Shown: piece after piece, positions 36,735-43,999 of the stretch
Numbering within the stretch: the stretch's first letter is position 1
Layout of the letters: every line of letters starts with the position of its first letter
Origin: a virus
IMG/VR virus record: IMGVR_UViG_2512047007_000001
Span: 4,917-68,916 of that record
Direction: 5' to 3' (one strand)
Length of the DNA: 64,000 nucleotides
Program-made: the position numbers and the translations under genes
The notes under the pieces: model-generated
What the model was told of the DNA's origin: nothing
What the model saw: only the letters and a program-made list of their open reading frames with translations
Databases searched by the model: none

Positions 36735-39547
36735 GGTCCCGTGAGGACGTGGAGCGCCAGGTCCTCGCGCTCGTCCAGGCCGGCGACGTGACCGCGCTCC
36801 GGGAGGTCCGCGACGCCGTCCGCCGGGCCCGGGCGCGGAAGAACTCCCGCCGCGTCATCCGCTACATGTACGACCCCGTCGGGTGGGCCCGCGACTGCAT
36901 CGCCTGGCAGCCCGGCGAGGGCCTGACCGCCTACCAGGAGGACGCCCTCGGCGCGATCCCCACCCGGCGGCGCGTGGCCGTACGAGGCCCCCACGGGCTC
37001 GGCAAAACGGGCATGTCCGCGATCGGTGTCCTGTGGTTCGCGACGACCCGGGAGGCCGCAGGCATCGACTGGAAAGTCATCATGACCGCCTCGGCGTGGC
37101 GGCACCTGTCGGTGTACCTCGTGCCGGAGCTGCGGAAGTGGGCCAAGCGCATCCGCTGGGACCAGGTGGGCCGGCCGCCGTTCTCCGAGCGGACGGAACT
37201 CCTCGCGCTGAACCTGAAGCTGGAGAGCGGCGCGGCCACTCCGGTGGCGTCCAACAAGCCGGAGCTGATCGAGGGCGCCCACGCAGACTCCCTCCTCTAC
37301 CTCGTGGACGAAGCGAAGATCGTGCCCGACGGCACGTGGGACGCGATCGAAGGCGCCTTCTCCGGCGGCCATACCGAGGGCCCGCCCGGGCAGCTCCCGG
37401 AGGCGTTCGCGTTCGCCATCAGCACGCCGGGCCCCCCGGCCGGCCGGTTCTACGACATCCACCGCCGCGCCCCCGGCCTGGAGGACTGGTGGGTCCGCCA
37501 CGTCACCCTGGACGAAGCGATCGCGGCGGGCCGGATCTCCCAGGGGTGGGCGGAGCAGCGGGCGCGGCAGTGGGGCCGCGACTCCGCCATGTACGCCAAC
37601 CGCGTGTTGGGGGAGTTCCACGCGTCGGACGAGGACTCCGTCATCCCGCTGGCGTGGGTGGAGGCCGCCGTGGAGCGCTGGCACGAGTGGGACCAGGCCG
37701 GCCGCCCCACACTGACCGGCCGCCAGTACCTCGGTGTCGACGTCGCCCGGACCGGCGGCGACTCCACCGTCCTCGCCCACCGACACGGCTCCGCCGTCAC
37801 CGCCCTGGAGACCCACGACAAGGAAGACACCATGCGCACGGTGGCGCGGGTCCAGGCGGCCGCAGGAGCGGACGGAAAGGTCACGCCGGTGGTCGACTCC
37901 ATCGGCGTCGGCGGCGGCGTCGTAGACCGCCTCCGAGAGCTCGACGTACCAGTCCTCGCCTACACCGGAGCGGCCAAGGCCACCGGCCGCACCCGCGACC
38001 GCGAGTGGGGCTTCCGCAACTGCCTAACCGGCGACGCCCGCGTTCACCCCATCGGGGGCCTCCGGCGCATCTACCGGAGCTGGCACGAGGGCCCGATGTT
38101 CAAGGTCGAAACGGCCAGCGGTGACAAGTTCACCGCCACCCCGAATCACCAGGTACTGACGCGGCGAGGATGGGTCACGGTTCAGTCGCTCCGCGTGGGT
38201 GACCAGCTCCTCAACGCCGCGCGGCGTGATACGGCGCACGCCGGCGTTAGGCCAGAAGTACAGGACATGCCACCCATGCTCAGCGAGGTCTACAGCGCGG
38301 CTCGCCGTGCTTTCGGAGCGGAACGGGTGAAGGGCGGAACAGTGGACTTCCACGGCGACCGGCCCGTGGGTGAGGTCGATGTTGTAACGGTCAACGGCCA
38401 GTTGCTCGGCGTCGACCCACCCGGCAGGCAGCATCCCGAGCAGCGATACTTCGGTGGGCTGCTGCATGGATTTGGTCCGCTGTTGGGTGGCGGCCTTCTT
38501 CCTCATGCCCTCCGGGTAGGCGCACGGGCTGGGCGGGTAGGTGCGGCCCTCCCACACGCGCTGGTGGCGGGTAGCCCGAACCTGGCGCTCTTGGAGCGTC
38601 AACCGTTCCTCGTGAAGCCTGTTCGCCTCGCCGCAGTCACGGAGGGGTACGCCGTGATCGCGCAGCACGGTTTCGATGAATCCGTAGCTCACCCCGGCGT
38701 CTTGCGCGAGGGCGTTCCGACTTTCTCCGCTTCCGTAGCGGCGGACGATCTCCACCTCGTCCACCCGCGCCTGTCGGTTAACGCGCAGCGCCTCACGCCG
38801 CCCCCGGATCTGCACGCCATGGTCCCGGAGGATGCGGCGAACGGCGTACATGTCGATACCGAAGGCCTCCGCCAGTGGGAGTTGTGCCTCTCCCGCTTGG
38901 TACCGGGCGACCAACGCGGGCTCATCCACGCCGGTGAGGGCCACGGCCAGGCGGTGAGCCTCCCTGCGCCCACGTGGCTCGACTCCGCGTTCGCTGAGGA
39001 CTCGGTGAATGGTGGTCCGGTCCGTCCGGAACTCCTTCGTGAGCGAGTTGAGGGACTGGCCGGCGGTGTACCGCTGGACCAGGTCGTCAACGTTGAACGG
39101 ACTACGTCCGGGCATGGGGGTACCTACGTCTTCACGCTTGAGACGGATACGGGCTCCTACAGGACACGGAGCGTAGCCCACCGCAACTGTCGGTCGCAGG
39201 CGTACTGGAGGATGCGCGAGCTCCTGGACCCGGCGTACGAGTCGGAGGTGATGCTCCCGCCCGATGACGAGCTGCTGGCCGACCTCACCGCGCCGACGTG
39301 GGACACCACCACCGGCGTCCCCCCGAAGATCCGCGTGGAGACCAAGGAGGACCTTGTGAAGCGGATGGGTCGCTCCCCGGACAAGGGAGACGCCGTGGTC
39401 ATGGCGTTCGCGGGGGAGTGGATGAAGGCCGGCGCCGTGCACTCCCCGGCCCGCCCCGGCGGCGGGGGGACAGCGGCCCGGGCCGCGTCCCGGTACGCCC
39501 GGCCCATCGGCGGCGGCGGGAGCGGCAGCGGCGGGCGTGGCCGGTGA
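36731..39547 (+). CDS. terL: Terminase large subunit interrupted by an intein
   Basis: VRGPHGLGKT Walker A, LVDEAK Walker B, GVDVARTGGDST nuclease, SPDKGDA. Confidence 0.95.
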   Translation: MRSREDVERQVLALVQAGDVTALREVRDAVRRARARKNSRRVIRYMYDPVGWARDCIAWQPGEGLTAYQEDALGAIPTRRRVAVRGPHGLGKTGMSAIGVLWFATTREAAGIDWKVIMTASAWRHLSVYLVPELRKWAKRIRWDQVGRPPFSERTELLALNLKLESGAATPVASNKPELIEGAHADSLLYLVDEAKIVPDGTWDAIEGAFSGGHTEGPPGQLPEAFAFAISTPGPPAGRFYDIHRRAPGLEDWWVRHVTLDEAIAAGRISQGWAEQRARQWGRDSAMYANRVLGEFHASDEDSVIPLAWVEAAVERWHEWDQAGRPTLTGRQYLGVDVARTGGDSTVLAHRHGSAVTALETHDKEDTMRTVARVQAAAGADGKVTPVVDSIGVGGGVVDRLRELDVPVLAYTGAAKATGRTRDREWGFRNCLTGDARVHPIGGLRRIYRSWHEGPMFKVETASGDKFTATPNHQVLTRRGWVTVQSLRVGDQLLNAARRDTAHAGVRPEVQDMPPMLSEVYSAARRAFGAERVKGGTVDFHGDRPVGEVDVVTVNGQLLGVDPPGRQHPEQRYFGGLLHGFGPLLGGGLLPHALRVGARAGRVGAALPHALVAGSPNLALLERQPFLVKPVRLAAVTEGYAVIAQHGFDESVAHPGVLREGVPTFSASVAADDLHLVHPRLSVNAQRLTPPPDLHAMVPEDAANGVHVDTEGLRQWELCLSRLVPGDQRGLIHAGEGHGQAVSLPAPTWLDSAFAEDSVNGGPVRPELLRERVEGLAGGVPLDQVVNVERTTSGHGGTYVFTLETDTGSYRTRSVAHRNCRSQAYWRMRELLDPAYESEVMLPPDDELLADLTAPTWDTTTGVPPKIRVETKEDLVKRMGRSPDKGDAVVMAFAGEWMKAGAVHSPARPGGGGTAARAASRYARPIGGGGSGSGGRGR
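38021..39187 (+). mobile_element. Intein, 389 aa (C1...HRN / C+1)
   Basis: FRN|CLTGD, block B FTATPNHQVLTRRGW, block F VFTLET, block G VAHRN|C. Confidence 0.93.
38024..39115 (-). CDS. Antisense-encoded 3xHTH plus Vsr/DUF559-like endonuclease (candidate homing endonuclease) nested in the intein
   Basis: Three RYxxGxS..LA..FG...V.R.L..xGV..R repeats; PTEVSL...EQLAVDRYNIDL...VAVEVH...H...DLAEHGWHVLYFW. Confidence 0.85.
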   Translation of the reverse strand: MPGRSPFNVDDLVQRYTAGQSLNSLTKEFRTDRTTIHRVLSERGVEPRGRREAHRLAVALTGVDEPALVARYQAGEAQLPLAEAFGIDMYAVRRILRDHGVQIRGRREALRVNRQARVDEVEIVRRYGSGESRNALAQDAGVSYGFIETVLRDHGVPLRDCGEANRLHEERLTLQERQVRATRHQRVWEGRTYPPSPCAYPEGMRKKAATQQRTKSMQQPTEVSLLGMLPAGWVDAEQLAVDRYNIDLTHGPVAVEVHCSALHPFRSESTASRAVDLAEHGWHVLYFWPNAGVRRITPRGVEELVTHAERLNRDPSSPRQYLVIRGGGELVTAGRFDLEHRALVPAPVDAPEAPDGVNAGVAG

Positions 39548-39566
39548 CACCCCGGGCGGCGGCTCC

Positions 39567-39950
39567 TCAGGCGCCCACCGGGAAGACGTGCGGCTCCTCG
39601 TCCCCGTCGAGCCTGATCGTTGCCCCGTGCCCGCACTCCCCGTACACAGCAGTCACGTACGTCCCGGCCTCGGGGCCGAGGTCATGCTCCTGGCTCATGA
39701 GCCCTTGGTTGATGTCCGGGCACCGGGGACACCCCCGGGTGACCGCCCACCGGCGCCGATTCTCGGCAGTGTCAGCAGGGATGATCAGCGTTCCGCCGCC
39801 GCAGAGCCGGTCGTCCTCGCCGGCCGGGTGGAACACCATCTCCCGGCCACGCTCGGTGTCCAGGGTCACCACGGCGACAGGGGGAACGGACCTGAGGGCG
39901 TCCGCCGCCATGGCCTCGAACGCGCGCAAGAGATTTCGGTCGGTGCTCAT
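39567..39950 (-). CDS. Hypothetical protein
   Basis: Antisense ORF between terL and portal; Cys motifs. Confidence 0.55.
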   Translation of the reverse strand: MSTDRNLLRAFEAMAADALRSVPPVAVVTLDTERGREMVFHPAGEDDRLCGGGTLIIPADTAENRRRWAVTRGCPRCPDINQGLMSQEHDLGPEAGTYVTAVYGECGHGATIRLDGDEEPHVFPVGA

Positions 39951-40038
39951 GCCGGGAGCGTAGCCGCGGCCGCCCCCCGCCGGGCTGTCGATGCTCTACC
40001 CTCACCCTCCGCACACCAGCCGCACGAGAGGGGCAGAC

Positions 40039-40749
40039 ATGAGTGGCGGCGGCTTCGACTACCTCCACGAGCACGCCGGGACACTGGACGAGCTCGCGGC
40101 CCGGCGGTCCACGGTGGAGTCCATGGGGGATTACCTGGTGGCCCCGGACGCCCTCGGCTGCGGCGACACCGCCCGGGCCGGCCGGGACACCCTGGAGCTC
40201 GCTCGGCTCCTCCATCAGTGGGAGACCCGCGCCGTGGCCCGTGCCGCGCCCCTCTTGGACGTCTGGCGGGTCGCGGACCGCGTGGAGTCCGGCGACGCCG
40301 GGGAGACGGAGCTCCGCGCCGCCGCCGAGGCCTACGCCACACGCCCCGCCCACGCCCCGCCCACGCCGCGCCCCGTGGAGGACCCGGCCGCCTACCTCCG
40401 GGACGCCCTGGCCGCCCACGAGCGCCAGGAGCGCGCCGCCCGTACCCTCCGGGTCAACAGCCCTGAGGTCCACTTCTCCAGCGGGGGCGACTCCTGGACG
40501 ACGGAGGACGGCCAGCCGCTCACCGCCGAGTGGTGGGAGGAGCACTCCACCTCCGGCGCTGACCCCTTCGTCCTGACGCTCATCGACGTCATGCGGGAGG
40601 TCCTGGACGACTACCTCAAGGACGTGGAACTCCTCAAGACGCTCGACCCGGCCGGGGAGGCGTACGGCATGACCATTCGGGGCCAGGCCGTCCGCGCCGG
40701 GATCGTCCACCAGTGGGCCGCCGCCTACTCTGTCCGGCAGGAGGCGTGA
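40039..40749 (+). CDS. Hypothetical protein
   Basis: RBS GAGGGG; upstream CTACCCT -10-like site. Confidence 0.7.
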   Translation: MSGGGFDYLHEHAGTLDELAARRSTVESMGDYLVAPDALGCGDTARAGRDTLELARLLHQWETRAVARAAPLLDVWRVADRVESGDAGETELRAAAEAYATRPAHAPPTPRPVEDPAAYLRDALAAHERQERAARTLRVNSPEVHFSSGGDSWTTEDGQPLTAEWWEEHSTSGADPFVLTLIDVMREVLDDYLKDVELLKTLDPAGEAYGMTIRGQAVRAGIVHQWAAAYSVRQEA

Positions 40750-40961
40750 ACGTGGAGCAGGAGTACAACCCGGGTGGCCTGGTGCCGCCCGCCACGACCG
40801 CCGGCCGGTTCACCGTGCCCGTGGTGTTCGTGCCGCTCGGCTACGGCCCGGCCGTCGCCGCCCGCGCCCGGCGCCTCGCTCTCCTCAACGGCCCGACCTC
40901 CGGGCCCCGGGAGTGGGCGCGGCGCCCCGACACCGGCCGACCGACGAACAAGCCCGCCTAG
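40746..40961 (+). CDS. Small hypothetical protein
   Basis: Coupled GTG after GGAGG. Confidence 0.45.
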   Translation: MNVEQEYNPGGLVPPATTAGRFTVPVVFVPLGYGPAVAARARRLALLNGPTSGPREWARRPDTGRPTNKPA

Positions 40962-41278
40962 CCGTACCGCAACACCTCGGCCCCCGGCCTCCCTCGCGCA
41001 AGGGGGCCCGGGGCCGAGTGCTGGAAGGGGCGGGCGGGTACGGGGAGCGTACTTCCGCGCAGTCCGGACGCTGTATCTGCGTAACCGTCGCCCCCCGGCG
41101 CCAGCTCCGTACCCCAATTCACCTGGGAATTACCCCCGGAATTGATCAGAATTACTGCGCACTAAACGCGTACTTTCCCGCCCCGTGCCCCTCCTGACGA
41201 GCGGAAACGGCCCGCGAGAGCCCTTTCCGGCTGGCCTATGATGCTCCGCCGAATGACGGCGATCACCAAGGGGCAGCG

Positions 41279-41605
41279 ATGATCACAATCCCGGAACTCG
41301 TAATCCTGGCGCTCGCCGGATATCGACTCACCCAACTCGGCGTACATGACGCCATCCTCGACCCCGCCCGGGACAAGGTGTTCGACTGGCAGACCCGCCG
41401 CCCCGAGTCCAGCGCCCGGGCGTTCGTCGTCACCCTCATCTCCTGCATCTACTGCCTCGGCTGGTGGCTGACCGGCGCCGTCCTCGCCGCCTGGCTCCTG
41501 TGGCCCGACAACCGCGTGGTCCAGGTCGGCGTGCTGTGGTTCGCGGTCGCCGGCGCCGCCGCGCTCCTCAACCGCTGGGACGACTCCCGCAAGGCCGCCT
41601 CGTGA
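41279..41605 (+). CDS. DUF1360-family membrane protein
   Basis: YRLTQLGVHDAILDPAR, SCIYCLGWW. Confidence 0.8.
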   Translation: MITIPELVILALAGYRLTQLGVHDAILDPARDKVFDWQTRRPESSARAFVVTLISCIYCLGWWLTGAVLAAWLLWPDNRVVQVGVLWFAVAGAAALLNRWDDSRKAAS

Positions 41606-43347
41606 CCGCCCCCGCGGCGCGCCACCGCGTCATCACCGCCGCAGCCTCCCGCTACACCGCCCGCAAGACCAAGAACCAGACCAAGGGAACCGACTCCGGC
41701 TGGCAGTCCCGCGCCTGGAGCTTCTACGACACCACCCCCGAGGTCCGCTTCGCCGCACAGTGGATCTCCGGCGCGATGAGCGCCGCCACCCTCTACGCCG
41801 GGCGCCTCGCCGACGACGGCAAGACGATCGAGCCCGCGCCGCCCGGCGACCGCGCCGCCGAGATCGTCGCGAGCATCGCCGGCGGCCCCGAAGGCCAGTC
41901 ACAGCTCCTCGGACGGTTCGGCCCCCACCTCGTCGTCCCCGGCGAAGGCTGGATCGTCGTCCAGCCCAACGAAGACGGGACACAGGACTGGCACGTCCTC
42001 TCCGTCCAGGAGGTCCGCAAGCAGGGGCAGAAGCTCGTGGCGGACATCGAAGGGGAGCCCGTCGAGGTCCCCCCGGCCGACCCCGACGGCGGCGGCAACG
42101 ACACCGACCCCATCGCCATCCGCGTCTGGCAGCCCCACCCCCGCACCTTCATGGAGGCCGACAGCCCCGTACGGGCATCCCTCGTGCTCCTGGAGGAACT
42201 ACAACTCCTCAACGCCGCCGTGGCCGCCATCGCCCGGTCCCGCCTCACCGGACGCGGAGTCCTCCTCGTCCCCCAAGGCACCCGCTTCCCCTCCACCCCC
42301 GTCCAGGGCGACGCCGAAGACGACCTGATCGAGGTGTTCATGCAGGTGGCGGAGACCGCCATCCGCGAACCGGAGTCGGCGGCGGCCACGGTCCCGCTGA
42401 TCCTGGAAGTACCGGCCGAGCACATCGCCGCCATCAAGCGCCTCACGTTCGAGAGCGACTTCGATGAGCTCGCGCTGAAGCTCCGGGACGAGGCAATCCG
42501 CCGGTTCGCGACCGGCATGGACGTCCCCGCGGAAGTCCTCCTCGGCTCCACCGGCCTCAACCACTGGGGCGTGTGGGCCATGAAAGAGGAAGCCATCACC
42601 CTCGGCGTGCAACCCCGGCTCGACACCGTCACCCACGCCCTGACCACACGGTGGCTCCGCCCGATCCTCCAGGCCGACGGCGTCGAGGACGCGCACCGGT
42701 ACGTCGTCGCCTCCGACACCTCCGGCCTCCGCGTCCGCGGCAACCGCTCCCAGACCGCGCTGGACGTCTACAAGGCCGGCGGCGTCATCAGCGCCGCCGC
42801 GCTCCGCCGCGAGACCGGCTTCGACGAGAGCGACGCCCCCACCGCCGAGGAGGAGGAGCAGCGGCGCGCCCCGCAGACCGACCCCGCCGACGACCAGCCG
42901 GACCCGGCAGACCTGCCCGTGGACGAGTCCGAGAGCGAGCCGGACACCCTGCCCGCCCCGGACACCCTCCCCGCCTCCGCCGCGCCGTCCACAGCCGTCC
43001 TGGAGGCCGCCGACGCCCTGATCTGGGCCGCCCTCGCCTCCGCCGGGGAGAAGTTGCGCCGGACCCCGGCGTGCCCCCGCTCGGAGCGGGCCCGGGCCCG
43101 GGAGATCGAGCCCGCCGCCCTCCACACCGCGCTCCGCGTCGAGGCCGTACAAGTCGAGCAGTGGGGCCTGCTGGAGGGGGCGTGGCCGCGCCTGCCCGAC
43201 GTCGCCGCCCGCCACGGCCTCGACCCCGACTGCCTCACCACCACCCTCGACACCTACTGCCGCGAGCTGATCGCGGCGGGCATCCCCCACGCCTACGACC
43301 TCACCCCCGGCGCGCTCCGCGCCTCGTGCCTGGCGGTCGCCGCGTGA
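41602..43347 (+). CDS. Portal protein
   Basis: Position and size; WQSRAWSFYD..PEVRFA, RVWQPHP, NHWGVW. Confidence 0.85.
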   Translation: MTAPAARHRVITAAASRYTARKTKNQTKGTDSGWQSRAWSFYDTTPEVRFAAQWISGAMSAATLYAGRLADDGKTIEPAPPGDRAAEIVASIAGGPEGQSQLLGRFGPHLVVPGEGWIVVQPNEDGTQDWHVLSVQEVRKQGQKLVADIEGEPVEVPPADPDGGGNDTDPIAIRVWQPHPRTFMEADSPVRASLVLLEELQLLNAAVAAIARSRLTGRGVLLVPQGTRFPSTPVQGDAEDDLIEVFMQVAETAIREPESAAATVPLILEVPAEHIAAIKRLTFESDFDELALKLRDEAIRRFATGMDVPAEVLLGSTGLNHWGVWAMKEEAITLGVQPRLDTVTHALTTRWLRPILQADGVEDAHRYVVASDTSGLRVRGNRSQTALDVYKAGGVISAAALRRETGFDESDAPTAEEEEQRRAPQTDPADDQPDPADLPVDESESEPDTLPAPDTLPASAAPSTAVLEAADALIWAALASAGEKLRRTPACPRSERARAREIEPAALHTALRVEAVQVEQWGLLEGAWPRLPDVAARHGLDPDCLTTTLDTYCRELIAAGIPHAYDLTPGALRASCLAVAA

Positions 43348-43565
43348 CGCCCCGCCAGCAGCCCGTACCGCCCCCTCTGGCGACCGCCACCGTCTACGTG
43401 ACCGCCAGCGAGCCCCGCACCGCCTGGTGCCACGTCTGCAAGGCATGGACCCGGTTCACCGGCGACGTCCTCTACCTCGACCGGGGCGGCGTGTCCGTCG
43501 TCGGCTCGTACGCCGGGTGCGAGGTCTGCGACGAGCCCGACGACCCGGAGGCCGGCCGTGGCTGA
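43344..43565 (+). CDS. Small Zn-ribbon protein
   Basis: WCHVC...CEVC. Confidence 0.6.
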   Translation: MTPRQQPVPPPLATATVYVTASEPRTAWCHVCKAWTRFTGDVLYLDRGGVSVVGSYAGCEVCDEPDDPEAGRG

Positions 43566-43761
43566 CCTCACCACCATGCTCGCGGACTTCCTCGCCGACT
43601 TCAGACGCCAGATCTACGCGGATGCCGCCCGGGCCCTTGAGGACGCCCCTCCCGGCCAGGAGGCGGGCGTCATCATCACCCCCGTCCTCGTCTTCGAGGA
43701 CCAACGGGTGGAGCTGGAACCGATGACGTTCCACCGCCCCGGGGAGGCCGGCCGTGGCTGA
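43558..43761 (+). CDS. Small hypothetical protein
   Basis: Coupled ORF. Confidence 0.55.
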   Translation: MADLTTMLADFLADFRRQIYADAARALEDAPPGQEAGVIITPVLVFEDQRVELEPMTFHRPGEAGRG

Positions 43762-43999
43762 CCAGCCGACCGCCCCGAACGGCCGGCCCCTGGACCACAC
43801 GGCGCGGGTCGGGCACTCCACCGCCGCGCACCGCGCCCACGGCTGGTGCGCTGCCTGCCCCGGCATCGAGCCGGACACGGAGCTGGTGGCCTGGCGGGCA
43901 CGGGACAACGCCCTCCACGCCGCCGCAGATCCGGCCCAAGCACACGACCCCGACTCGTGCCCGGACCCCCGGGCGGAAGAGGTGACCCATGGCCGATGA
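43754..43999 (+). CDS. Small hypothetical protein
   Basis: WCAAC; coupled. Confidence 0.55.
   Translation: MADQPTAPNGRPLDHTARVGHSTAAHRAHGWCAACPGIEPDTELVAWRARDNALHAAADPAQAHDPDSCPDPRAEEVTHGR

Noticed and set aside
39116-39550. Upstream extension of the antisense ORF to 39550
   Set aside because: Low-complexity shadow of the terL C-extein; the coherent protein starts at ATG 39115.
41279-41605. Holin
   Set aside because: Matches the DUF1360 pattern and has no adjacent endolysin.
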